Shown one piece after another: positions 26,071-38,646 of a stretch of 64,000 nucleotides of DNA; positions within the stretch are counted from its first letter, which is position 1, and every line of letters starts with the position of its first letter. Source of the stretch: Octopus sinensis (lineage: Eukaryota); the NCBI RefSeq assembly GCF_006345805.1, contig NC_043013.1:2914001-2978000 (forward strand). The letters are read 5' to 3'. The notes under the pieces were generated by a model. The model was given only the letters and a program-made list of their open reading frames with translations, had not been told where the DNA came from and did not search any database. Both the position numbers and the translations under genes were made by a program.

Positions 26071-28393
26071 TATTTCAAAAATTTTGCCATAAAGGCATGA
26101 CACAGAGTAGCTTGCGGGCTGGACAAAGACATTGATGAGGTGAATGATGAAAAGGATGATATTAATGGGAGAAGACAAAAAAACGCCCCCCGATTTTTTG
26201 CTTTTCTAAAACGTTATTCTTTTTTCCACCGAAAAAAGACTAAACGGGATAATGAATCTCTTACTTCAGTTTTAGAATTATGGACCAATAATCCATTTAA
26301 AAATTGGGGCGTTAAGCCTCTTAAACACAATAACATGCAATAAACATTAAACATTATACAATAAGCAACATTATAACACTGAGGTTTTTCAATCACTTGT
26401 CACTATTCATCCCCAACATCGCTTGTGCCCGTATACTCCGCCATCCCCCACACCTCATTCAAGGCCAAAGTGGGATCCGAGCCGGCGTCGCCCGGCCACA
26501 ACCGATATTCCTCATTGAGTCCCTGCATCCTATACCTCATAGACAACGTTATGACCTCCACAGCTATCTGCGGAGGCCATTCGGGATCCTGTGTGAAGGT
26601 TAAAGGTACTCCTTTATGGTGCTTTTCCACCCCCTCTTCCATCTCACCGCCTCTGTAGAAGAAGACTAATAGTTCCTCTTCCTCTGGGTTCGAGGTAGTC
26701 AATTCTACCGTTGGCGACACAATTCCCCCTAACAGTGTCTCTTCCCCTGCCGGTGGAACAACCCCTCCCGGCAAGGTTCCGGGACATTCCGGTGCTATGT
26801 CACCGACTGCCAGCAATGTCCCGTTTCTCTTCCTCTTCCTCTTTTTTCCTTCTCAACTGAGGGAGGGTGCATCTCCTCCGTGACTAGGAGATTTGCCTCC
26901 CTTCCCTCATCCCCAGGATCCTTCGGTGAGCACCCATTGTTGCTCATCTTCTTCTTGCGGCCCTTCTTTGAGGAGTCCTCTCTCTCCTCGGCCGCCTTTG
27001 TTCCTTCTTCTACAGAGGTCTCAATCAACTGCTCCAGGACTTTGCTTTGTTCCTGAGGACAGTTTTTCTTTATATGGCCAGGCTCCAGGGCACCGATGAC
27101 ACCGGGGGAGGGGGGCGACCCTCAAGTATCACCGGGTATCTGCACCCGGCCATTTTCAAAAAATCTGGCATAATCAGATTCATGGCTGATTGGGTCCACA
27201 GGGTCAAAACAGCTTTTGACCCAACCTAATAAGCCGAAGGAAGAATTTTCACATTGAGGAACCTGGCTCCGCTACCACTCAGACCCCGACGGATAGTATC
27301 CTCTATCTACTGGAGTTCAATTATGGGTGGCAAACCACAGACCCAAGCCCTCGTCATTTTTTTCCCACAATAAGTGGGAAGAAACAAAATTTATTTACCC
27401 TCAAAGGGCTGACACGCAAAACTGTGAGCCCCCTCTGAGGTGTCAAACAGCAACAACACCGTTGCATGTTTGACACCCCTAGAGATATACTTAATGGTTG
27501 GCAGATGTTCCACCAACTCCTGCTCAATCATCTGCTTGGAGAAGACGGCAATGGTATCGAGAACCTTCGAATACGTTCTCAACGCCACCGTCCTCTCTTC
27601 TTGCTGTCTGAGCCACTCCTTAGGTGGGACAATCTGCCACTCTACAATCTTATCCGTATTTTTTGCCACGTTTTAAAATATAAAGTAAAAAGTCCCAAAC
27701 AATAGTTCACAAATTTCAAAAAGAAAAGAGAGAAATTAAAAGGAAACAAAAGGGAAGAAGAGAAAAGCAAACAGTTCAACAAGAAAGTCACAATAGAAGA
27801 AAAAAACAATAGTTCAACAAAACAGCAAAACATCTTTTAGGTATTCAGATACTCCAAACTCTATGGTACTCCGATTAGAACCTGGACTGCTCCATTTGAA
27901 ATACAGCTTTCCAATTATTGGTAAACGTAGTTGTAAAATTACACACTATTTAAAAAAGCGAACAACTTTTGGTAGCAGGATACGCAACCAAACTATACTT
28001 CTCACAATGAGAAAAAAGTTCACTTCATGTGAACACTTGAAATACAGCTTTCCAATTAATGGTAAATGTTGTTATAAAAACATACACTATTAAAAAGTGA
28101 ACAACTTTTGGTTGAAGGATACACCCCCAAACTGTACTTCTCACCAGAAAAAATTTTTTCACTTAATGTGAACAATATTGCTGAACCGCAAGCAAACCAA
28201 CATCCTAAATCCAGTGAGGACTCCTTGTTTGTAAAAAATATAACCACAGACAACATCCCCCACTGGATCCAAGAGACAAAAGTCTTACCTTGCAGCAGCT
28301 TCTTTCTGGCAGGCTTAACACTGCCGGCTATCTTCTTCAGTGCACAACACAATGACGCATGCGTACACTGACAACAAAGACTCATGGGACGTA
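26071..28393 (-). mobile_element. ORF1-only L1/Tx1-like retroelement with 16-bp TSD
   Basis: TSD GGTAAGCAAGCTACTT (26055-26070) / GGTTAGCAAGCTATTT (28394-28409). Contains a 5' UTR, an ORF1-like region and a 3' UTR with AATAAA at the junction. Confidence 0.75.
26403..27669 (-). pseudogene. Gag-like ORF1 with CCHC zinc knuckle (stops and frameshifts)
   Basis: Reads ...RAWVCGLPP...PDFLKMAGCRYPVILEGRPP / CHRC-LEPGHIKKNCP (Cx2Cx4Hx4C across frameshifts at about 27056-27105), then a low-complexity E/K/P region. Confidence 0.75.
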
Positions 28394-29113
28394 GGTTAGC
28401 AAGCTATTTACCACACAGCCACTCCTGCGCCTAACATAATAAAAAAGTCACTAATATATGAACTTAATATAGCAGGTTTAGAAATTTTGATTAATAAAAA
28501 TTGCAGAATTATGATAAGAAAATATTATCGGGTGTAGAAAGACAAAGAAGACGATTTCAGAATTAAAACATTTAAATATCGAATGTAGTGGTTAGGATCG
28601 AGGGTAAGTCTTATTGTAAACATGACGGTGGCAACTCAAGTCTTGTTACAGGAGTAATAGACCTCATGACAGGCAAATATTTGGTATTAATCAGAATATT
28701 TGCTACAGCGATATTTTTGCTTCAGTAACTCAGCGCTGAATCCGTCTGAAATTTAATGGAAAATAGGTCAGTTTGAAAACATTAATGTCCAGATCACAAA
28801 AGCAAAGTTTGAAGGGAATGATTTCTAGATAGAAGCAAATTGATAGAAACAACACTTACTGGCCAAAGACAAAAAATAAAAATAAAAATATTGTTACACA
28901 GTGTAATCATCATAGATTGTATTTGTATGAACTCTTTCATATTTAGTATATTATTCAATAGACCCTAGTGTATTATTGAATTTCTCTCCTCCTACAAAGT
29001 GAACTTTAAAATAATCCAACAAGCGTCTTCCTGATCGCACGATTGTCCATAGCAGTAGGCAGCTTTTTCAAATCATTAATCTCAATGTTTTGTGTCTCTA
29101 ACTGGTCGATGTA

Positions 29114-29314
29114 TCAATAGACGTCACTAATTGGTTGAAATTGCAGAAATTGAAGAAAAAAAAACAACAAATATCTTACAAACTATAGAATTTTCTCAAT
29201 AAAGCCAAGAGAAAAAGATGTTTTATAAACACATTCTACCAGTATACGAAGTTTAAAATTTTTTAGTTACCTAGAAAGTATTTTTAAAAACTGCCGTTCA
29301 AACCGAAAAGATCC
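29114..29314 (+). mobile_element. Right-hand fragment of the TTAGGG-containing TIR element
   Basis: Near-identical to 30104-30303, including the TIR. Confidence 0.9.
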
Positions 29315-29813
29315 GTATGCTTTCGCTACCATGGAGGAATTTGATATACTGCTGCGAAGATGCTTCTATGGCAACACTGTTCGATCCTTGCTTCTTCAAC
29401 AACCAGTAAAACTTTTCGTAGTTGCGATATCGTTATTATTGGAAATAGATTGCCACGAAGATTGCCACTGGTTTTCTGTTTTTCCATGACACGTTAACTG
29501 TGACACGTTGTAATCTCCAAAACCCGCCATCCGACCAATTTTATAGGCTTTTGTTAGTGTCCATGTTTCGGCTAAGTATATCAGGACACATTCTCTTTTG
29601 TTGTTCTGAAGAATCTCAGTTTCAGATATCGATTTGAATTTGATTCCATATTGTTGTGATCTTGTAAGGTGTTAAACAAGTTTGAGCTAAAGTATGGTGA
29701 GTTCCATTGAATGTGCGCCCAAGTGTATTATTGACTATACTAGGGTGTTAGCCGTCATATGGCAGGAAACTTTTGGAAGTATGCTTTCGCTACCATGGGG
29801 AATTTGATAAAAG

Positions 29814-30303
29814 GGATCTTTTCGGTTTGAACGGCAGTTTTTTCTAGCGGTGTCATATGAAATTGTCACCCATAATTATGACCCTAGTATCGATTTATTG
29901 CATTTCAATCTGTTTTAGGGTTAGGGTTAGTTAGGATTAGTTAGGGTTAGGGTTAGGGTTAGTTAGGATCAGTTAGGGTTAGGGTTAGGGTTAGAGTAAG
30001 AGGTGGGGGTAAGGGTATATTTTTTTTCTTCACAAATGTAAATAAACCCAATCTGGTTCTTAAACGAGTGACATATTCATACGGCACAGAATATTTTTTT
30101 ACCTCAATAGACGTCAGTGATTGGTTGAAATTGCAGAAATTGAAGAAAAAAAACAACAAATATCTTACAAACTATAGAATTTTCTCAATAAAGCCAAGAG
30201 AAAAAGATGTTTTATAAACACATTCTACCAGTATACGAAGTTTAAAATTTTTTAGTTACCTAAAAATTATTTTTAAAAACTGCCGTTCAAACCGAAAAGA
30301 TCC
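29814..30303. mobile_element. Non-autonomous TIR element (MITE) with internal telomeric repeats
   Basis: 29-bp TIRs GGATCTTTTCGGTTTGAACGGCAGTTTTT; perfect 8-bp TSD GATAAAAG (29806-29813, 30304-30311); TTAGGG-type array at 29915-30015. Confidence 0.9.
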
Positions 30304-30404
30304 GATAAAAGTTAACTGATAATTAATTGTCATATTTCCTGATATTATCCGCGGTGGCAAATATGTATTAGTAGTTTTGTCACATTTGTAGAGATACAAT
30401 CATT

Positions 30405-30860
30405 TGGAACAGTTTGCTATAAAATTTTAAAGAAACGGAAAGAACAGCGTTTAATATTCGAGCTTGGCTCCATGTCACGGACAGGTTTAAATGAACGTTT
30501 TTCCTTTTCATGCTACGTGTTCTCTCAGTTCCTTAAACCCTTTCTCATCCTCCAACTCCTTTGTCACCTTATTGTCCCCTTTCACCACGCTCTCGACTTT
30601 GCCTGCTTCTCCTCATTCCAGCACCCTTTCTTTCTTCCTTCTCACACTGTTACTCCTCCCACTTCTTCTTCACGGATCTAACTCGCGTGATCCAGCGTTC
30701 CTTATCAGTTGTAGCGATTCTTTTTCTCTTTAACTTCAAGGCTGTAAAACTCTGCTGCCTCTCATTTATTTCTCGCTTTTCAACTTTTTTTCTGAAGAAG
30801 GTCAGAGTCCGAAACGTTGGCTTTTTCATTCTTCAGGGCAAGTTCACGGCATTCTTTCCA
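30405..30860 (+). mobile_element. Penelope-like element 3' end: GIY-YIG C-terminal remnant plus pLTR with hammerhead
   Basis: KRKEQRLIFELGSMSRTGLNERF matches the PLE motif R..E..LI..L....GLN. CTGAAGA-A-GGTC-AGA-GTCC-GAAACGTT at 30792-30818. Confidence 0.75.
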
Positions 30861-31179
30861 TTCCTTTTACAACATAATACAAGTCTTGACGACGCAGACC
30901 AGGTCCAGCCTCTTTAGAGCCTGATCTCACGCACACACACACACCCGCACACACCTAGATGTATGTATGTATGTATTTATACATAAAAATATAACCATAT
31001 GTGTGTGGGGTGGTGTACGTGGCAGTGTGCTAAGAAGTTTGCATTCCATGGCATGATTCTGGGTTCGGTCCCCTTGGGTAAATGTCTGCCATATCCCCGG
31101 GCCTTATGAGTAGATTTGGTATATAAAACATATATATGTTTTATATACATACACACATACATACATATATATATATATC

Positions 31180-31287
<108 letters not shown>

Positions 31288-31339
31288 CATATATATACAT
31301 ATATATATATACATACATATATACATACATACATACATA

Positions 31340-31417
<78 letters not shown>

Positions 31418-31418
31418 T

Positions 31419-32282
31419 ACAGGATAAATCTAACGATGTTTTATGTCTACTTTTCCAGAAATATTTGGTGTATTGAGGAACAGACAACGGTGTTGGAGAC
31501 CATAAAGATTACAGTTGTAGTTGAGAAAAAGTTATCTGACATGGAGGACTAGAAGTCATTTAAATATTGGAAAAGCGTTTCTGTGTCATGGTGATTTCCG
31601 ACAGATATCAAAACTCCAACCTCTTGTTTAATATTCTGTGAACACTATTAAGGCTGTAAAGCGTACCATGGGCATCATGAAAACCAAGTTACCCCAAACT
31701 GCGATAGTTTTGGGAGTGTGTCTCCAGTAAAGGTGACTCCCACTCCTTTGAACAAAGCCTTAAACTCAATTCAGACGGTTATGCGAAGCCGTTGGAGATT
31801 GTGGTCAAACTCTGGCTGGAGAGGGTTGCTGCTTGAAGGCCATGTGTGTGGTAGCAGGATTCGGGTCCTTGCCATACCTCTAGAATGAGTCAGAAGTGTT
31901 TGTCGGAAAATTTCTTCGACTTTCCCGATCCCAATTTTTGGCCTTCAAATTGTCTCGATTGTAATTTCACGAACAATTCATATGCGAGGCGGGATTGAGA
32001 AAGACTCTGCCTGCAACACCAAGGCTGAGCTGGTGGCCAAGATCAAGGATGTGTTTGAATATCTTCCCAGGTACACAATAAGGCATGCATTCGCCAGGTT
32101 CCGGAGCCGTCTTGGCATCGTGGTGGAAACTAAGGTTGGTACTTTGAGTCAATAGTTATATGTTAACCATAATATAGTTGGTATTCTTTGATTTTTTAAA
32201 AATATTTTAATTTTTGGATAGGATATTATGTTTACTCTTTCTTCTGTGCAAACTGTCAAATTTAGCCCAAAACTCTTATGTA
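31419..32282 (+). mobile_element. Decayed Tc1/mariner (maT-like) element
   Basis: WLERVAA*RPCVW*QDSGPCHTS...FWPSNCLDCN; related to 40095-40608. Confidence 0.75.
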
Positions 32283-32744
32283 TAATATACTCATATATAT
32301 ATATATATATATATATAAATATATATAAAACTAATTGAAAGGGCTAGCAACAGGCTGCTTCGCCGCATACCGAAGGAATTAGAAATGGCAGTCAAAGACT
32401 GTTTTTTCCATTTTCTATAAGTGGAGATTCCAAATACGACGGACCCTGCGGTTCACATACACAAAATCGGAGTACCAAATAGACGTAAACAATCTCTTAC
32501 CGTTAATAGCGAACATGTTTCTGGATCACATGTTCAGAAAATAGCTAGATTTCCTTCATCGGCACTATATTCGATAGTTTTACCAAATGCCACAGGCCCT
32601 CACTTCTGACCCAGCGACATCAGATAGTGGGGGGAGTGTGCAGATGTTAAAAAAACTAATGACTGGGAACGTAAATTTTCCCTCCAAAATTCTGCCATGC
32701 GCGCCGTCTGGGTGATCGTAATGGAATAAGGGATCCACATGGTA

Positions 32745-32913
32745 ATGCAATAAAATGGTAAATAATTTTTCAGTGGTTTTTCATATAACCAACAATTATT
32801 TACCGGTAAATTTCGGTATGTAAATATTACAAATTCATCGTGAGGAACTTTTGTAAAGTTCAATTGTTGGTTATATGAAAAACCACAGAAAATTATTTAC
32901 CATTTTATTGTAT
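32745..32913. repeat. Inverted repeat (about 53-bp arms) with a degenerate hammerhead-like spacer
   Basis: Arms 32745-32798 and 32862-32913. The minus-strand spacer has ACGATGA...GAAA-TTTACCGGTAAA-TA. Confidence 0.65.
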
Positions 32914-33108
32914 ATATATATATATATTAATATATATTTTCATATAATTGTATATATATATATATATATTATATTTGCATTCCTTTTACAACATAATACA
33001 AGTCTTGACGACGCAGACCAGGTCCAACCTCTTTAGAGCCTGATCACACACACACACACACACCTAGATGTATGTATGTATGTATATATATATATATATT
33101 ATATATAT

Positions 33109-33155
<47 letters not shown>

Positions 33156-33622
33156 TCTGTGTGTGCGTATGTGTGTGTGTGTGTGTGCAAAAGCTATCTG
33201 CAATATTTTGTTACCTTTCATTTCAAAATGTCTTGAGAAAAAATAATAATTTTCCAAGTGGCAAGCATCCATGACTCCGATGTGCAGCTCTAGTATCAGG
33301 AGCCGTGACTGAATCTAGTATAAACCTTTCCAGGGACATGCCGCTAGTCTACTGTTGGTGGCTTTCCTGATGGGAGCAATTGTTGTTGCTTAACTCCAGA
33401 TTAACCCTGATTGAACAGATGTGTAATCAATGGCATTCCAAAAATAAACACCCTGTTTTTCTTTTGCTCAGTTATTGTGGATAAGAAGTATATTATTCGA
33501 TATATACCAGTCTTTACAATTCATTAATCTGTAATTAAATCTGTGGCTGTCTCTCGCAGATTGATCAACCACATGGATAATTCCTAGATATCTTGCTTAA
33601 AGTTTTGAACTAGTCACCGTCA

Positions 33623-33982
33623 CTTACTTTACTTGTATTTGTGACGACATTCACCCTAGGCGGGTTGAGTCGGCTTCTTCTTTGGAAGAAGTTTCGTGGG
33701 AATATGTGGATTTCACAAGCGGTCCCCAACAAACCCGCATGTAGAGACATCCTGTTTGCCGCAGATTATCCGCAGACGCAGGGACAGAACGACCGAGGAG
33801 CCGCCGGTTGCCGAAACAGACACTCCGAGGATTTTCACCAGAGCTCCGTCTGCCGGGTTGTGGCCCTAATACCACTCGGTGTCAGACCAATCCGCTTTGG
33901 GTGGCCCTACCAGGAACCGAAGTTCCCGACGGCATAGCTCTGACACTACCCGTTGCCAGCGTCCCCACCACGGTGAGGAGGG
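33623..33982 (-). mobile_element. Short RTE-derived (bipartite) non-autonomous retroelement
   Basis: The 5' part CCTCACCGTGGTGGGG...GAGCTATGCC...CCTGGTAGGGCCACCC resembles RTE 5' UTRs; AAGTA-type tail. Second copy at 60805-61101. Confidence 0.7.
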
Positions 33983-35834
33983 GATGGACTTTGGGTCACC
34001 GTCAGCCAACGAAACATTTGTCAATTGCACAAACCTGCTCCACTGCTGACTTTTTGAACATAATTCATACTTAGGCCCTTAGAATGTTGTTTTGATTAGA
34101 CATCATACCAACAATAGATTACAGTTTGTCATAAAGTAGTTACGTAGCAATGAACAATAAAGGACGGCTTGCTTATAACGCACCAACATAGCAGCAAAAA
34201 GGAGATAGCAGTTATTAATAACATAGCTGCACACAAGAGGTGACTGTTTGTTATAGAAGAGTGCATGTTTTAAAGTTTAAAAAAATGCTGCTTGTGAAAC
34301 ATGTCTAGGAAACAAAACACAATACATATATTTCAATATGTTAATGTCCTACAAACATCAAATTTAAATGGAGAGGACTATCACGGATGTTGACACGGTG
34401 CAGTTAAACTAACATCGTACGCGGATATTGACACGATGTAGTTAACCTAGCATTTTAAGATTATTAGTAGTACAGCTTGTCAGTTGTTCTGCTGGATTAA
34501 ATATCCTCGTCACTAATGTTGAGTAGATTTTCGGGTTGTTAGGGTTAGGGTGACCTCATTTTATTTCACTGTATCCGGCAATACGCTTAACTTTTAATGG
34601 CCTTGATCCAATGAGAGAGCCTATACACGTGCACTAGACATGCTAAAAATAGCAGTAAACCCCCCTAAATTCATATTATACTACTTTAAAAAAAACAAGA
34701 GTGCATTGGTTAGCATAGTCCATGAGACACTGGATCAACAGACCGTTTATGTTGCTTGGTATCGAGTTTGATCTGAACTTTTTGTTGGAAAGGAACTGGG
34801 AAAGGCTTACAAATGAGCTGAGGATAAGCTATCCTTGAAAGGAGGGGCAGAAGTAATGTACGCGTATATCAGCACTGCTATGTATTAGCGCCTGACCGCT
34901 TGTACTTTGTTCGAGACTTCGTCTGACCAGATTAGGGGGTCTTTTTTCCTTTTTGTAAAAGTATCGTATTCATGCTCGCAGCCGGTTCATTTTGTCGCCA
35001 ACATTCTGTGTGGAGAAGACTCGGTAAGCCGTGACCTGTGATGTGCAGACATGCTTCAAAGCAGCCGTCACACGTTGTCAAGCACTTCCTCCTACATGTT
35101 TCTTTGTCGGGGATGTAATTTTGGTCAAGCAAGATGACCAATGGTCACTTGATACCGTGAATGTTGTCAGGATCAAGCCCTTTACCAATCGAGTCAAAAT
35201 GCATGGTGAAACTTCCACCTCTACTACTTATGCATATATATATATATATATATACGCAAATGAACCCACGCATACTTTCCCTATACACACAGCACACACT
35301 CATACATACACGCACACAATTATACATACATGTACATACACACAAGCACATACAAACACCCACGCACACGTACACAGAGTAAAGTACAATTACACCACAC
35401 GCACATCCCCACGCATAAACACATGCACACACGGATACACACATACATACGCACACACACAGTGCAAACACAACACGCACACACTACATATACACACATG
35501 CACGCACACATACTTCAAACTATCAGTATCTTTTACTGACCATTCTCCTACGCACATGTGTATGTGGACACTCAACAGGCAGCCACTCCTACCAAAATTC
35601 TTACTATAAATTCTTCCTATGGCATTAAAAGATAGTAAGCCCAACTACACACATAGATAAACAGCCACAACCATACACACACACACACACACGTGCTACA
35701 TTACACAAACACACACACACACAGACCTGCGCACACGCACATACCCACACATACACACACATACCTCCTTCTCTTGCACTCTCCTGTCTTTGAAAAACCT
35801 TTTCTTCACCCATTCCCTTCCGGTCATTTCAATA

Positions 35835-36030
35835 TGTGACCGCGTGTGTATCGTTGGTGATTTTCTTTCTCCGTCTTCCCTTCTTTGGACTTTTTCTATA
35901 TTTCTGACGAAGAGCTCCGCTCGAAACGTGAAAACCCTCCTTCTTTCTTTACTGAGCGTCCAATAACACTGTACTTATTCCACGTCCTCGCGTTGTTGTG
36001 TTTTCTCTTTGTTCATGTTTGGATTAACTA
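35835..36030 (+). mobile_element. Hammerhead-bearing short element, family D
   Basis: TTT-CTGACGA-A-GAGC-TCC-GCTC-GAAA-CG-TG-AAA at 35901-35933; canonical CUGANGA but G at the cleavage position. Confidence 0.75.
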
Positions 36031-36312
36031 TATACGTATACGTACGTACATGTGTACATATATACATATGCATGTGTGGGCACAGGACGTCACAAAGCGT
36101 AAACAACAAAAAATACGAAGACGTGTGTGTGTGTATGTGTGCCATTATTCAGATTTACTTCAAGATTTCTTGCCAATAGAGAAAGAACCGGTTCCTAACC
36201 TAGATCCAAGGCTCCTTCATTGGAATTTCAACATCAACAAAAGATATTTTTGTATGTATTTATATATGTATATGTGCAGATTTATAAGTTTTGTTTTATG
36301 TATGTATTCTCA

Positions 36313-36531
36313 TGCATATAGCTGCATATGTAGCCATGCTCATATGTAGGTAGGTATGTATGTATATGTTTATGTATATATGTATGTAAACATATCTACA
36401 CACACACACACATATATGTATATATATGTGTTGTGTGTTGTGTAGATATGTTTACATACATATATATACATAAACATATACATACATACCTCCCTAACAT
36501 ATGAGCATGGCTACATATGCAACTATATGCA
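36313..36531. repeat. Inverted repeat, about 90-bp arms
   Basis: 36313-36400 pairs with 36441-36531, including the non-microsatellite GTAGCCATGCTCATATG. Confidence 0.8.
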
Positions 36532-37646
36532 ACACACACACAATATATACATATATGTGTGTGTGTGTATGTATATACATTTATATTATATAATATATAT
36601 ATATATATATATATTCATATATATGTATATATATATATATTCATATATATATATCTACGTACGCATGTATGTATGTATATATAGTAGATATATATATATA
36701 TAATATATATATACACACTACACAAGTACATAACGCGTACAAATATAGTGGGTGTCTAGCTGTCTATCTTTACCTCTACCTCTTCCTCTCTATATTTTTG
36801 CGGTTTGTCTACCTGCGTATCTTCTGCATCTCTACACCTTTGTATGCCTTACCTTTTAGTGTTTCTACCTTTTCTTTGTCCTATCTATTTCATTCATCCC
36901 ACCTCTTTCCTTTCCTCTGCCTTTCTTCCTCCTTTCTTTCCTTTCCTGTCATTTATCACACATGCATTCGTACGTTCCTTCCCTTTTTCCATCTCATTCA
37001 CCTCCCCCCCTCACCGCCACCACGCTTCCTTCTATATCTCTCTCACTTTAATTTGATTAAAACCTGAACTTACGTACAGAAATCTCTTGAATGGCATTGG
37101 TAGAGGGCAAAGTTAGGTGGTGTGGTGAACTTCCTCGATTTAGATTAAATATATACAAATGTTGAAAAAAAAAATATTTTCTTGAAAAGTAAAGAAAAGA
37201 GGGTGAGACAGAAAGGAGGGAAAGAGATGAAAGAGAGAAGGAGAAAGAGAGAGAGAGAGAGAGAGAGCGGAAAAATGAGAAAAAGAGAGAAACAGAAATA
37301 GGAAGGAAGAGGAAAGAGTGAGATTGGAAGAAGAGAAAATTCAAAAGAAAGAAACGTGTCGAGAGAAGTGAAGAAGACAGAATTTTTAAATGTTAAAAAC
37401 TGATAAAACAAATAAAAAAACAAAATGCGTTGCTATGGTTGCAGGTAGTCAAACTGTGGATAAATTTTGCACTATGTAGATATGAGCCGTTTTCAAATAT
37501 GCGTGGATATATTCTTAAAGAGAACATGCCGAGTATTTTACCATCTTTATTCTGTAAAGAAAGGTGATGCATGCGAGAAGCTTCCAGGAATATGTCGTGG
37601 CCTAAATCGAATTTGGAATGGAAAGCAAATGCGTGGGTGGCTGATA

Positions 37647-38056
37647 ACTTACTCTTTTACTCTTTTACTTGTTTCAGTCATTTGACTGCGGCCATGCTGG
37701 AGCACCGCCTTTAATCGAGCAAATCGACCCCGGGACTATTCTTTTGTAAGCCCAGTACTTATTCTATCGGTCCCTTTTGCCGAACCGCTAAGTAACGGGG
37801 ACATAAACACACCAGCATCAGTTGTCAAGCGATGTTGGGGGGACAAACACAGACACACAAACATATACACACACACACACATATATATATATACATATAT
37901 ACGACGGGCTTCTTTCAGTTTCCGTCTACCAAATCCACTCACAAGGCTTTGGTCGGCCCGAGGCTATAGTAGAAGACACTTGCCCAAGGTGCCACGCAGT
38001 TGGACTGAACCCGGAACCATGTGGTTGGTAAGCAAGCTACTTACCACACAGCCACT
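37647..38056 (-). mobile_element. SINE family A, near full length
   Basis: Reverse complement of family A. Confidence 0.9.
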
Positions 38057-38529
38057 AAGATATTTAAGGATTATGAGATGTCTCTGTGACGATGTTGAAA
38101 TCGATAATAGCAATGATTTAAATAATTGATTGTACAGATCATTAACTAGGTTCAATCATCAGTTACTCAACACAAATATCTGCTATAGTAGTTTCAAAAA
38201 ATAAAGTCAGATGTAAAACTCTTTTCTTGTACTCCTTTACTTATTGTTTCTAGTCATTGGGTTACGACTATGTAGGAGCATCAAACTTCAAAACACTACC
38301 TACTTTGGTATAATATTCACGCATACGTCCACTCACTCACTCACTCTCTCTATCTCTCTCTCTCGCACACACACACACACACACACACTATATAACATAC
38401 ACACACATATATATATATATATATAATATATATATATATATAATAATATATATATTATATATAATATATATTTTAAATATATATATATATAATATATATA
38501 TTATAATAATATATATGATATATAATATC

Positions 38530-38631
<102 letters not shown>

Positions 38632-38646
38632 ATAGATATATATATC

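Larger units (their letters stand above)
25655..28432 (-). mobile_element. SINE family A split into 25655-26070 and 28394-28432 by an insertion
   Basis: The two pieces join into the intact sequence seen at 37647-38056 and 55290-55693. Confidence 0.85.

Noticed and set aside
29350-29640. Possible Merlin transposase N-terminal remnant (SDGGFWR...QLRKVLL on minus)
   Set aside because: Too short and degenerate to support by eye.
29915-30015. Possible telomere or chromosome-fusion scar
   Set aside because: The repeats lie inside a TIR- and TSD-bounded element.
34982-35023. Possible 42-nt micro-exon (CAG|...|GTAAGC)
   Set aside because: Weak polypyrimidine tract and no partner exons.
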